From positions 1 through 64,000 of IMG/VR virus record IMGVR_UViG_3300028920_001037: a stretch of DNA of 64,000 bases. The stretch is one strand, 5' to 3'. Below the pieces are notes generated by a model. That model did not search any database. It saw only the letters and a list, made by a program, of their open reading frames with translations, and had not been told where the DNA came from. The position numbers and the translations under genes are program-made. This document shows, one piece after another, positions 54,690-64,000 of the stretch (the first letter of the stretch is position 1; the number at the start of each line of letters is the position of its first letter). The DNA comes from a virus.

Positions 54690-55191
54690 ATTTGTCTAGC
54701 TCCTTAATTGTATCATTAGTTGATTTGTGTAGTAATCCAATACCTCCAGCTTTTTCCCACCTGTCTATATTCCCTTTCATATCATCAACTAATATACTTT
54801 TATTATCAGCATATTTTTCTTTATTTCTGTCTATTATATATTCAACATCATTTCCTAACTCTCTTTTAATCCAATCTATTTTACCTTTCTTTACAATATC
54901 AATATTTTGAGTGCCTGGAGATGATAGTATTATTGGATTAAATTGTTTCAAAAAATCCCACAGTTCTTTTCCATCTTTAGTCCAGGGAAGATTTGCCCAC
55001 CAATCTGAACCTGCATCATGAATTAATTTCCACGCTTCAACATCTTTACCTTCAGCTTCCCATTCATCCATAGTTTTACCTGGACTTAATTTATCAAACC
55101 CATCAACCCAACTTACAATAACACTATCCATGTCAACATATAACTTATAGTTTTTTAAATCTTCTGTAAAATAAAATAGCTTAAAACGCAT
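54652..55191 (-). CDS. HAD-family 5'(3')-deoxyribonucleotidase-like protein
   Basis: VDMDSV, W..LPW, ILSS, K..W, K......LVDD...N...W...GG; N-terminus MRFKLFYFTE. Confidence 0.85.
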   Translation of the reverse strand: MRFKLFYFTEDLKNYKLYVDMDSVIVSWVDGFDKLSPGKTMDEWEAEGKDVEAWKLIHDAGSDWWANLPWTKDGKELWDFLKQFNPIILSSPGTQNIDIVKKGKIDWIKRELGNDVEYIIDRNKEKYADNKSILVDDMKGNIDRWEKAGGIGLLHKSTNDTIKELDKYERNNTNNRVDR

Positions 55192-55222
55192 GTATCTAAT
55201 CCTTTATATAATATGCTATATA

Positions 55223-55230
55223 TATTTATA
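55223..55230 (-). promoter_or_regulatory. Late promoter TATAAATA
   Basis: Exact intergenic octamer. Confidence 0.65.
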
Positions 55231-55249
55231 ATAATATTGAAAGGATGTT

Positions 55250-55537
55250 ATGTACTATTGTGAATTGTGTGACTATAAAACCGAGAACAGGAACAATATT
55301 GAGTATCATCATATAGTTCCTAAGGAGTTAGAAGGTTCTGATAAATTGTTTAATCGTGTATATCTATGCCCCAACCATCATAAAATGGTCTACATAGAAG
55401 ATAGTAAGGCAGGAATTCACTCGATTAGGAACAGCGACTCTATCATTATAAGGGGTTGGTTTAAGTCAACTACAGGTGATGTTCTACTAACAGAAGCGCA
55501 AGGCATTGAAAAATATATAGACCGAAAGAATTTGTAA
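55250..55537 (+). CDS. Small HNH endonuclease
   Basis: CELC...HHIVP....GSD...N...LCPNHH. Confidence 0.85.
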   Translation: MYYCELCDYKTENRNNIEYHHIVPKELEGSDKLFNRVYLCPNHHKMVYIEDSKAGIHSIRNSDSIIIRGWFKSTTGDVLLTEAQGIEKYIDRKNL

Positions 55538-55584
55538 CTATAATTTTTTTCTTCTTTTGTTTTTAATTTTTTTAATTAGTTTAA

Positions 55585-55623
55585 TAAATCCCCTAATCTG
55601 TTTAGGCAGAGTTAAGGGATTTA
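55585..55623. terminator. Stem-loop between convergent genes
   Basis: TAAATCCC.TAA...TTA.GGGATTTA inverted repeat; no clean U-tract. Confidence 0.45.
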
Positions 55624-55653
55624 TACTAATTGTAATTTTTTCTACAGGTAATT

Positions 55654-55983
55654 TCATTTCTTTTTAAATAAGCCTATGATTTTTGAGAAGTTAATGAGAA
55701 GGTCGAGAGAATATTCTACAATTTGTTCTACTTTGTCATCTTGTAAATCTATTTCTTCCTTTACCATATTACAAAGATCGGCTCTCTCATCGTCTGTAAG
55801 ATCCATAAACTCTTCAGGAACTTCCTGTATTCCGTTAACTGCCTTGATTGCTTTAGGTAAAAGCTTGGTAACTTTTGGAAGAATAGTAAGAATGTTTAAT
55901 TTCTTGCCCTTAAGTTCATCAACCATTTTTCCGGTAGCTGCTAAAAAAACTACTACATCTTTTGTTTCATCAATACCCTTCAT
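55654..55983 (-). CDS. Hypothetical helical protein
   Basis: AGGAGG RBS; late promoter upstream. Confidence 0.65.
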   Translation of the reverse strand: MKGIDETKDVVVFLAATGKMVDELKGKKLNILTILPKVTKLLPKAIKAVNGIQEVPEEFMDLTDDERADLCNMVKEEIDLQDDKVEQIVEYSLDLLINFSKIIGLFKKK

Positions 55984-56010
55984 AGAATCCTCCTTAGTTT
56001 GATTCTTATA

Positions 56011-56018
56011 TATTTATA
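56011..56018 (-). promoter_or_regulatory. Late promoter TATAAATA
   Basis: Exact intergenic octamer. Confidence 0.65.
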
Positions 56019-56022
56019 TTTT

Positions 56023-56649
56023 TTATTTAGTTGCATCTTTAAATTTCTTATTCAATAATTTAATAGCTTCTTCTATATTATCTGGTAAGGAAACATTTTC
56101 TAATAACATAAGTTTACAAAAAGCTCCACTAAATAAAAAATCAAAATCTTCCATTTTTAAACTATTGTCTAACAAATCACCAAATATATCTATAACATCT
56201 TCTTTTGTTAAATCCCATTTTGGATAATTAGTTGGAATACAAGTTATGTTTTGTCTTGTATATAATCTTGTTTTTACAGTTTCTATTGGGTTTCTAATTT
56301 TAATTCTTCTTATAGGACTTCCAGCATAAACGGAATCTTTATTTAATTTACCAGAAACCACACTAGACATTCCTATTAAACACCTTCTTTCAATAGTTGT
56401 TCCCGGTACAATAGAAACTCCATATCCTATCCACACATCTTTCTCTATATTAGTTTTTAATCTTTCAATTGATATTCCATTTATTGGGCAATGTGTTGCA
56501 ACAAAGGATCCTCCACCTAAAGTTGAATAATCTCCAATACTTACACATTTAAAATGTTGGTCTATTGTACCCCATATTCGGGCTCCTTTACCTATTTTGA
56601 AACCCATTTTTCTATATGATTCGTTTGTGTTGTGTGTTAGTGATGCCAT
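56023..56649 (-). CDS. Left-handed beta-helix acyltransferase
   Basis: Hexapeptide repeats, DVWIG, AGSP. Confidence 0.85.
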   Translation of the reverse strand: MASLTHNTNESYRKMGFKIGKGARIWGTIDQHFKCVSIGDYSTLGGGSFVATHCPINGISIERLKTNIEKDVWIGYGVSIVPGTTIERRCLIGMSSVVSGKLNKDSVYAGSPIRRIKIRNPIETVKTRLYTRQNITCIPTNYPKWDLTKEDVIDIFGDLLDNSLKMEDFDFLFSGAFCKLMLLENVSLPDNIEEAIKLLNKKFKDATK

Positions 56650-57791
56650 TATTTACCCTTCTTATAATATGTTTCATTTATTTCTAAACCCATTCGATTA
56701 CATCTTAATCCTTTATCAAAACACATTTTTTTACAATCCCAATTTGGATTATAATTATCCATAATCATTTTATTAAATTCGTCTAAATCATAAGTTACCT
56801 TACCAATTCTACATTGTTTTCCGGTTGGTGTTGCAACTGTACTACATTTATATACATATCCATCTGCACCAATTGTAATCTGATAATATCCATAAATACA
56901 TTGTTTAAAATTAAACCTATCTACATCTGTAAATTCGGGTCCGGTATAAAATATATATGGTTTTTCATTTTGGTTTTTTGATAAATATGGTTCTAATCTA
57001 TTATAATAATTATCATTATCCGGAAGCTCTCTATTATATTTATACTCTCTTACCTTATCAAATGTTTGATTATAATTTGCAAAAGGAATGGAAAACCTTA
57101 AACTGTCGGCTCCTATTCTTTTAGCGTGTTCTACAATTGCTTTAAAGTTTTCATCATTATCACTATCATGAGATATAAGATAACACATTCTTATAGCATG
57201 ACTTGGTTTACCAACTTTATCACGAATACTAGCAGCCATTTCAAGACCCTTAATAATTTCATCATTAAATATATAACTCTTTTTTGTTCCTTTAGTCTTA
57301 GCCCAAGACTCAGACAATCCAGCATCAATACTCACAGAAAGATAATCAACATCATCTGTTGAAATTCTATTCAACTCGGTCAAGAACCCTATACTATTTT
57401 CAAGTGTTGCTAAAAGACTTCCATTAGTGTGAATTCCAAAATGATTTCCATAATACTTAGTTGTTGCAAGATAAGCCATATAATATGGATTCATCATGGG
57501 TTCTGTATATGCACCGCCGTAAATATGGAAAGGAATTGCACCTTTAAGTTTGTGTAACAAATCTAGCCCTTCAATTTCCCAATTTCCTAAAGATTTATCA
57601 AATAATTTTCCAGCGCAATGAGGACAATGAAGATTACAAGATCTTTTATGATCGGCTGGTAAATGTATTTCAAACTGTCTTGGATACACTAATTTACCAT
57701 TAAAAAATACATCTTCATTATTGTTAAGATGTTTCATTAGCTGTTTATAATAATGATAAACTTCTGGTCTTGTATCTTTCATTTTATTCAT
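56649..57791 (-). CDS. Radical SAM/SPASM protein
   Basis: CNLHCPHC, EP, TNG, C....Q.TI.ADG.VY.C. Confidence 0.85.
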   Translation of the reverse strand: MNKMKDTRPEVYHYYKQLMKHLNNNEDVFFNGKLVYPRQFEIHLPADHKRSCNLHCPHCAGKLFDKSLGNWEIEGLDLLHKLKGAIPFHIYGGAYTEPMMNPYYMAYLATTKYYGNHFGIHTNGSLLATLENSIGFLTELNRISTDDVDYLSVSIDAGLSESWAKTKGTKKSYIFNDEIIKGLEMAASIRDKVGKPSHAIRMCYLISHDSDNDENFKAIVEHAKRIGADSLRFSIPFANYNQTFDKVREYKYNRELPDNDNYYNRLEPYLSKNQNEKPYIFYTGPEFTDVDRFNFKQCIYGYYQITIGADGYVYKCSTVATPTGKQCRIGKVTYDLDEFNKMIMDNYNPNWDCKKMCFDKGLRCNRMGLEINETYYKKGK

Positions 57792-59448
57792 CCTTTAAAA
57801 AATTGTTCATATAATTTAGAAAATTAACTAGTTCATCTTTCTTGCATTTATAAACTTTCTCAAAAAAATCATCCCATATTGGTTGAGTTTTTTTCCAACT
57901 AAAATTTTCTTCAACATAATTACGGTTTCTTATTCCAACTTCTTTTCTTTTTCTATGATTTTTAAACAAATAATTTAATCTTTCATTTACCTGTTTAACT
58001 ACTTTTTCTTCTGGGTTTACATCAACTATCCATTCCTTACCAAGAAGCATACTTATACAACCAACATTAGTTGCAATGACTGGTAATCCCATTGACATTG
58101 CTTCTAATATAACTCTAGGCATACATTCAGTGTTACTAAGTAAAATTAAAACATCAATAGATTTATAAAATTCTTTCATATGGTCTTGTGTTTTCTTAGT
58201 CCAAAATTTACTTCCCCAATCACATTTTTTAATAACAGGAAAATCTAATCTTGAAAATAAATGTATTCTTTTCAAAGGAACTGTACTTCCAGCATATCCA
58301 ACATTAAATCTTTTTTTATCAAAAATTACATCAGAAGAAAAATAATTTGTATCAATTGATTCGGGTAAAAATACTATCGGTTTTTTATAATTCTTCTTTG
58401 CAAAATCATATGTTTCTGGTGATATTGTTGCTATAACATCGGCATATGGATATGTAGAATTAACCATTCCACCATAACCACCAACAATGGGAATACCCCT
58501 ATCCCTGCAGTTTTGTATCAATACATCTGTAGTCTTAGGATGCATATCAGGGCCATGAAAATACATTACATCTATATTATCTAAATTGACTGTTACTTCA
58601 TTATATTTTTGTAAAATAATATTATGTTTTGTATATCTTTGCTGTTCTATACCAATATAATAATAAGCCCAACCCCATTGGTCTATAATTTTAACTATGT
58701 TTAATTTTTTTGGTCTTTCATTCATAAATGTCTTTATTTTTATAAATTCATCTTTTTTACCATCAACATAGCTTTTTTCTTCATTGTCTATATCTTTTTT
58801 AATAATACTAGTATATGCACCAAGTAGTGCATATAAATTTTTTTTAGATGGATTTTTCTGTAAAATTCTTAACAGTTTATTAGGTATATTAGCTAACCAA
58901 CTATATTCATATTTTTTATATTTTTCCATCAAATTATAATATCTTTCAAATATATTATCATCTGTCCACTTAGGACTATGATCTCCCAACACTATTTCTT
59001 TAGTTATAAATTTATAACCACGACTTTTCATTCTATTAGTCTGTTCAACCTCACACGAAAGACACGATAAGTTATATGGAAAATTTTTAAATATTTTATG
59101 TTTATATATTTTGACTCCATCTATAATAAAATCTAAATGAATATCTTTAAGTTTAAAACATATCATTGCTTCTTTTTTATCAGAATTGATTATAGCATTA
59201 TACATAGTTTCAATAGAATTAGGATACATAATCATATCATCATCAACCTGAATATAATATGGCGTTTTACAATTATCAATCATTTTTTGAAATGCTCTAG
59301 ACATTGGATAAAAATTTCTAATAACAACAATATTAAATATTGAATTTTGACTTTTTAAAGCCTCGATACAATCATTATAATTAACACTTCTATCAGTTGT
59401 AATAACAAAAACTGTTAACTCGTTTGTCAAATCAATACTAGACATCAA
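57784..59448 (-). CDS. GT2-like + GT4-like glycosyltransferase fusion
   Basis: QVDDD in the N-terminal half; E..P..ILEAM..GLPVIATNVG in the C-terminal half. Confidence 0.85.
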   Translation of the reverse strand: MMSSIDLTNELTVFVITTDRSVNYNDCIEALKSQNSIFNIVVIRNFYPMSRAFQKMIDNCKTPYYIQVDDDMIMYPNSIETMYNAIINSDKKEAMICFKLKDIHLDFIIDGVKIYKHKIFKNFPYNLSCLSCEVEQTNRMKSRGYKFITKEIVLGDHSPKWTDDNIFERYYNLMEKYKKYEYSWLANIPNKLLRILQKNPSKKNLYALLGAYTSIIKKDIDNEEKSYVDGKKDEFIKIKTFMNERPKKLNIVKIIDQWGWAYYYIGIEQQRYTKHNIILQKYNEVTVNLDNIDVMYFHGPDMHPKTTDVLIQNCRDRGIPIVGGYGGMVNSTYPYADVIATISPETYDFAKKNYKKPIVFLPESIDTNYFSSDVIFDKKRFNVGYAGSTVPLKRIHLFSRLDFPVIKKCDWGSKFWTKKTQDHMKEFYKSIDVLILLSNTECMPRVILEAMSMGLPVIATNVGCISMLLGKEWIVDVNPEEKVVKQVNERLNYLFKNHRKRKEVGIRNRNYVEENFSWKKTQPIWDDFFEKVYKCKKDELVNFLNYMNNFLKDE

Positions 59449-59464
59449 ATTATCCTTTAAAAAA

Positions 59465-60451
59465 CTATAACCATTTTTCTTTTACCGCATTCAAAACTTT
59501 TAATACTCTTTGTTTTGTGGTATGATTTTCAGCAATTAATTGTTTACCATTCCAAGCAATTAATTCAGCTTTTGGATTATTAAGCCAATTAAACTGACTA
59601 TTAAAATTATCATAATTAATAGGTATATAATTTTCATATTCTATTAAACCTAATTCATTAAAGTCTTTTGTTTTTTCTAAGAATCCCAAACAACCCATTC
59701 CTAACGATTCATAAACCTTTTTTAATGTATAATCCAATGGATGTTTAATCTTTGGGTCATATCCAGGACTTCCACCAGAAGCCGTTGTAGCTATCATTCC
59801 TTTAAATGTAGCTATATATTCAAGAAAATTCTTTCCATGATATTTGTGTAAATACTTACCATTATTATAATCTTCTTTTCTACCAGTATTATAACCGCTA
59901 TGCGGTAAAATTTCAAGTAAGGAATGGGGTGATGCTTTAATTATTTGTCTTAATTTATAAAACTTACTATCAGCACCTGAAAATAAAATATTGTGTTTTT
60001 TTTGATTCCATTGAATATTAAAATCTATCATTCTTTCGGGTAACCACCAGAACAAAGAAACAAATTTATTTTTAAATTCTTTAAAAACATCATATGCTAT
60101 AGTAGTTCTATAATACGGCGTGAAAATTAAGTCATGTTCTTTAAATAATTTTAATCTCATTTGTAACTGTGATAAATACCACCAATGTATATCTGTAATT
60201 AATATAGCTTTTTTAATTGATTTAGAATTATCATTTAAACCATTACCCCAGTAATTTAAAATTCCATCAACTTGTACTCCAGATTTAATTAATTCTTTTG
60301 ATGATACATTTTCATGATATACAATATCAATACCCATTGTATTAGCTAAATCATTATATTTTCTTAAACCTTCAAATAAATCTGTAACATTTAAAGATAA
60401 ATCATTTATAAAGCTATTAAAATTCAATACGTGTAATTTAAACATTATCAT
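59465..60451 (-). CDS. GT-B glycosyltransferase (CgeB-like)
   Basis: Y.LR, K.YE....GCL, LG....ENYI, IA.NG......HT. Confidence 0.75.
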   Translation of the reverse strand: MIMFKLHVLNFNSFINDLSLNVTDLFEGLRKYNDLANTMGIDIVYHENVSSKELIKSGVQVDGILNYWGNGLNDNSKSIKKAILITDIHWWYLSQLQMRLKLFKEHDLIFTPYYRTTIAYDVFKEFKNKFVSLFWWLPERMIDFNIQWNQKKHNILFSGADSKFYKLRQIIKASPHSLLEILPHSGYNTGRKEDYNNGKYLHKYHGKNFLEYIATFKGMIATTASGGSPGYDPKIKHPLDYTLKKVYESLGMGCLGFLEKTKDFNELGLIEYENYIPINYDNFNSQFNWLNNPKAELIAWNGKQLIAENHTTKQRVLKVLNAVKEKWL

Positions 60452-60876
60452 TTTCCTTTAAACTGTTTCATGTGTTCAATAAACTTTTGATGCCTTTTTA
60501 AATCTTTTGAATTTTCGTTTAATTTTCTAACAATTCTTGGTGGATTTCCAACAACTAATGACCAATCTGGAATTGAATGAGCTTTAGTAACAACCGTTCT
60601 TGCTCCTACAACACAATTGTTTCCTATAACAGAACCCGGTAATATTAAAGCATTCCAGCCAATATAACAATTATCACCAATCATAATTGAATTCCATTCA
60701 CTAGAATAACCATGACATAATAAATAAGCCTGTGAAGCTATTAAACAACCAGAACCAATTGTAATAAGTTCAGGTTTATCTAAATCCAATATTCCAAATA
60801 TTAAAGTACCATCACCTATTTTTGCTCCTCTTGATCTGGCTTCACTAGCTTTAATTATTGGGTTATTATTTGACAT
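60448..60876 (-). CDS. Left-handed beta-helix acyltransferase
   Basis: IGDNCYIG..A.ILPG..IG...VVGA, GNP. Confidence 0.9.
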   Translation of the reverse strand: MSNNNPIIKASEARSRGAKIGDGTLIFGILDLDKPELITIGSGCLIASQAYLLCHGYSSEWNSIMIGDNCYIGWNALILPGSVIGNNCVVGARTVVTKAHSIPDWSLVVGNPPRIVRKLNENSKDLKRHQKFIEHMKQFKGK

Positions 60877-60878
60877 TT

Positions 60879-61463
60879 TTATTCCTTATAATAATTAAAA
60901 TCATCCTTATATATATCTTTTATAACTTTCTTCATTTCTTCATCATATAAAGACATATAATCTTTTTTATTTTTAGTTGCGTTTAAATGTGGTAATTGTT
61001 GATCAACTTTTAATAAATTAGTTAGTTTTTTCCAATCTTCTTGTAAATTTTCATATTTACCTATAAAATCTAATTTATATTGGTCATGATTTATAAAATA
61101 ATTTAAAGGTAAAATATGATAAAATTGTTTGGATAATTCATATTTTATTTTATAATCAATTTTTTCAGGTAAAAATTTATATAAATTTAAAACAAAATCT
61201 TTAAATGTTTTACTTTCTGAAAACATTTTTTTCTGCACATAAGTTTGAATCTTTGTTCCATAATATGCTGATGCTATTCTAGTATATGGATTTCTTATGA
61301 ATGCCCATTTTATAAAATTAGGATTAAAATTACTTTCTTTAGATATATTATAAAAATTAATATGGCCGTTTCCACCTACAAAATACAAATGTTCCATCGA
61401 TGATCCAGCACATTTAGGTATGTGTATAAACATATTTTTATATTCAACATTAATAAAAGACAT
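60879..61463 (-). CDS. Sulfotransferase family 2 protein
   Basis: FIHIPKCAGSS, RNPY.R..SAY, GKYENL..D, Y..DF. Confidence 0.9.
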   Translation of the reverse strand: MSFINVEYKNMFIHIPKCAGSSMEHLYFVGGNGHINFYNISKESNFNPNFIKWAFIRNPYTRIASAYYGTKIQTYVQKKMFSESKTFKDFVLNLYKFLPEKIDYKIKYELSKQFYHILPLNYFINHDQYKLDFIGKYENLQEDWKKLTNLLKVDQQLPHLNATKNKKDYMSLYDEEMKKVIKDIYKDDFNYYKE

Positions 61464-62158
61464 TATCCACCTTTATAAAATTCTTTATGTTTAATTTTTA
61501 ACTGTTCTTTAATTTCATTAACATGAAGATGAGAAACAGAATCGATCATAGTTTCGTTTGTTCTTCTATATAGTAAATGTGTTTTTTCACATTTTTTAAA
61601 ATTAAATCCTAATTTAGCTGCTCTTAACCAAAAATCATAATCTTCAGAACCATATATAAAAGATTCATCATATCCACCAACTTTTTCCCATACTTCTCGT
61701 CTATACATAGCAGCACAATGAATAAAATTATTTTGCCTTAATATTTCTATATTAAAATTAGGCCAATTAAATCGTTTATTTATTGTACCAAAACATTGTG
61801 AATCTGAATATGAAATGTCTACTCCATTATCTATAATTTTAATATTCTCTTGAATATAATTATCGGGAATTAAATCATCGGCATCTAAACATATTATATA
61901 ATTACCATTTGAATTTTTAATACCTTTGTTTCTTGTATAAGGAAGTTTTTTATTAATATCATTTTTAATAACCTTACAAAAATTAAAAGTCTGTTCTAAT
62001 TTTTTAGCTATCTCAAAAGAGTTATCTGTACTTGCATCATCAACTATAATTATCTCAATATCCAAATCAGTTACATTATTAATTACTGATTTAACACATT
62101 CTTCAAGATACTTACCATAATTATAACAGGGTATTATTATTGACATTAAATTGTTCAT
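61463..62158 (-). CDS. GT2 glycosyltransferase
   Basis: IIPCYN, VDDASTD, RN.GI, LDADD, EDYDFW. Confidence 0.92.
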   Translation of the reverse strand: MNNLMSIIIPCYNYGKYLEECVKSVINNVTDLDIEIIIVDDASTDNSFEIAKKLEQTFNFCKVIKNDINKKLPYTRNKGIKNSNGNYIICLDADDLIPDNYIQENIKIIDNGVDISYSDSQCFGTINKRFNWPNFNIEILRQNNFIHCAAMYRREVWEKVGGYDESFIYGSEDYDFWLRAAKLGFNFKKCEKTHLLYRRTNETMIDSVSHLHVNEIKEQLKIKHKEFYKGG

Positions 62159-62877
62159 TAATGACTTCCACTATAATAATATAAAGGCGCATCTATGACT
62201 ACATGAGATTTAAGATAGTATAATGCTTCCATATTAAACTCATAATCTTCTGTTTTTGTTCTTGGATGTGGCGCAAAAAGCAATTCATTTGGACCTTTCC
62301 ATTTTATTTTTTGTAAAACTTCTTTTCTAATAGATACTATACCAGCATGTACCGGAAAATTAAAACCGCCACCAAAAGCTCCGGTATATTTTAAACAATC
62401 TGTTAACTTATTTTCTGGAAAATAACGATTATAAAGTTCATTAGAATATACTTCTTTAATTTTATCAAAATTATTATTAATTTTTTCATTATTAAGTACA
62501 AAAGAATGATTTAATAATAAAATTTTAGAATCATTTTCAAAATATTTTTTAACTATTTCAACTCTTCTTTTATGTGGCAAATCATCATCATCTTGATATA
62601 AAATAATATCACCGCTACATAAATTAGCAGCCATTTGTCTATTTGGCCCGGCATATAATCTTTCTTTTATTAAATTTAACATTACTTTATCATGATATTT
62701 ATTTACAAAATTATTAATAATTATAGGATCTATTTGTTGAAACATAGACAAATTAACAATAATTTCATCTGGTTTAATAGTTCCGTTTAAATAAATATCA
62801 ACAATGTTAAAAACATTATTAAAATTTTTAGGAATACTTGGTATAAAAATTGATGTTTTCACATTTTCTCTTTTCAT
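62158..62877 (-). CDS. GT2-like glycosyltransferase
   Basis: PDEII, NR, YQDDDD, ED..F. Confidence 0.8.
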   Translation of the reverse strand: MKRENVKTSIFIPSIPKNFNNVFNIVDIYLNGTIKPDEIIVNLSMFQQIDPIIINNFVNKYHDKVMLNLIKERLYAGPNRQMAANLCSGDIILYQDDDDLPHKRRVEIVKKYFENDSKILLLNHSFVLNNEKINNNFDKIKEVYSNELYNRYFPENKLTDCLKYTGAFGGGFNFPVHAGIVSIRKEVLQKIKWKGPNELLFAPHPRTKTEDYEFNMEALYYLKSHVVIDAPLYYYSGSH

Positions 62878-63983
62878 TTTGTTTTGTAATTATTTAGAAC
62901 CTTTATTAGTTGGTCTATATCATCGTCCATAAAAGGGTGTATTGGTAAACTTATGGCATGGTCACAATAAAAATTTGTTCTTTTATTTTCATATGGTGTT
63001 AAAAACATCTTCATTTTTTCAATTGGGATTGGATAATGAATATTTGATTGTACATCATTTTCATTCAAATAATTTTGAAAGTGTTCTCTGCTTTCTACTG
63101 TTACAAATAACACATGGTAAACATTATTTGTGCAATAATGTGGAGTTTTCATAAATGTTAAGTTTGAATTAACAGTCTCTGTAATTATTCTTTTCGCAAA
63201 TTCAGTTCTTCTTTTATTCCATTCATCAAGATATTTTAATTTTTCATCTAGTATTATTGCTTGTATCGTATCCAGTCTGTGATTATGCCCTAGTGTTACA
63301 TGATTAAATTTTTCTATAAAACCAATATTTCTTTTTTTTAAAATTATATTATAAAATTTATCACTATTAGTAGTTATAACACCAGCGTCTCCAAATGCTC
63401 CTAGGTTCTTTCCTGGATAACAAGAGAATCCATTTACAACACCAATATTACCAACCTTTATATTATTACACTCAGCACCATGAGCTTGTGAACAATCTTC
63501 TACAATGAAAGCATTATACTTTTTAGCAATTTTCGATAACGAATCTATATCACATGCCATACCAAACATATGTACAGGAGTAATAATACAATCATCCCAA
63601 TTATTTCTGTTTTCTTTTAATATTTGTTCAAGAGCTTTACAATCCATCTCATAATATTCATCAACATCACAAAAAATTATATCAGCATTTGGATAAGAGT
63701 ATTTCGCAGCCATAGCAGTCGCCACATATGTATTTGCTTGAATTATAATACCAACTTTACCTTGAAGTTCTAAACTCTCATAACATAATTTTAAAGCATC
63801 AGTACCATTTGATACACCAATAGCATATTTTGTTCCTATAAATTTTGCAAAGTTTTCTTCAAATATCTTAACATCAGGTCCCAAAATATAAGAACTCGTT
63901 ACAAACAAATTTTCAAGGCGCTTATTAGCTGATTCTTTTATATAATTCCATTGTTTATTTAAGTCATTAAATCTTATCATCAT
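62874..63983 (-). CDS. DegT/DnrJ/EryC1/StrS PLP-dependent sugar aminotransferase (FdtB/WbpE-like)
   Basis: NGTDAL, PVH.FG, EDCSQAHGA, FS.YPGKNLGAFGDAG, N.RLD. Confidence 0.95.
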   Translation of the reverse strand: MMIRFNDLNKQWNYIKESANKRLENLFVTSSYILGPDVKIFEENFAKFIGTKYAIGVSNGTDALKLCYESLELQGKVGIIIQANTYVATAMAAKYSYPNADIIFCDVDEYYEMDCKALEQILKENRNNWDDCIITPVHMFGMACDIDSLSKIAKKYNAFIVEDCSQAHGAECNNIKVGNIGVVNGFSCYPGKNLGAFGDAGVITTNSDKFYNIILKKRNIGFIEKFNHVTLGHNHRLDTIQAIILDEKLKYLDEWNKRRTEFAKRIITETVNSNLTFMKTPHYCTNNVYHVLFVTVESREHFQNYLNENDVQSNIHYPIPIEKMKMFLTPYENKRTNFYCDHAISLPIHPFMDDDIDQLIKVLNNYKTK

Positions 63984-64000
63984 GCCTCCAATATTTGTGT

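Noticed and set aside
2542-63154. Numerous plus-strand ORFs antisense to recognisable genes (e.g. 3067, 16022, 23553, 39618, 53095, 55676) and nested same-strand ORFs (e.g. 3105, 4571, 10457, 31539)
   Set aside because: Shadow frames of real genes with no motifs; only 13745 and 55250 are credible plus-strand genes.
1-64000. tRNA/rRNA genes and stop-codon reassignment
   Set aside because: No cloverleaf seen in the short intergenic gaps (tRNAscan-SE would confirm); genes are full length under the standard code, with TAA, TAG and TGA all used as stops.

Overview
AT-rich, densely coded, almost entirely minus-strand segment of a large T4-like (jumbo) phage genome. Evidence: uniform sigma70-type TTGAC[AT]-N17-TATATT promoters, T4-type late TATAAATA promoters, free-standing homing endonucleases and no host housekeeping genes. 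The left half (1-27 kb) is accessory metabolism: a MoxR/VWA pair; six proteins sharing an N-terminal MKxRxGFVSNSSxxS[FY] motif beside a QueC-like ATPase and a radical SAM enzyme; a complete deamidating NAD+ salvage set (PncA, PncB, NadD, NadE, plus a Nudix hydrolase); purine salvage genes; and an NAD-dependent DNA ligase split in two by a homing-endonuclease remnant. Three endonuclease ORFs share a covarying three-way-junction plus pseudoknot leader RNA that covers the ribosome-binding site. The right half (27-64 kb) is mostly late genes: about 16 proteins with an N-terminal motif resembling the T4 capsid-targeting sequence (including a CCA-adding enzyme, a PNK-like kinase, a HAD nucleotidase, an HD protein and two nuclease-like proteins), a 1694-aa LamG/(Ser)nGlu repeat protein, a collagen-like protein and two large glycosylation/sugar-modification clusters. 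All family calls come from motifs recognised by eye; no database searches were run.
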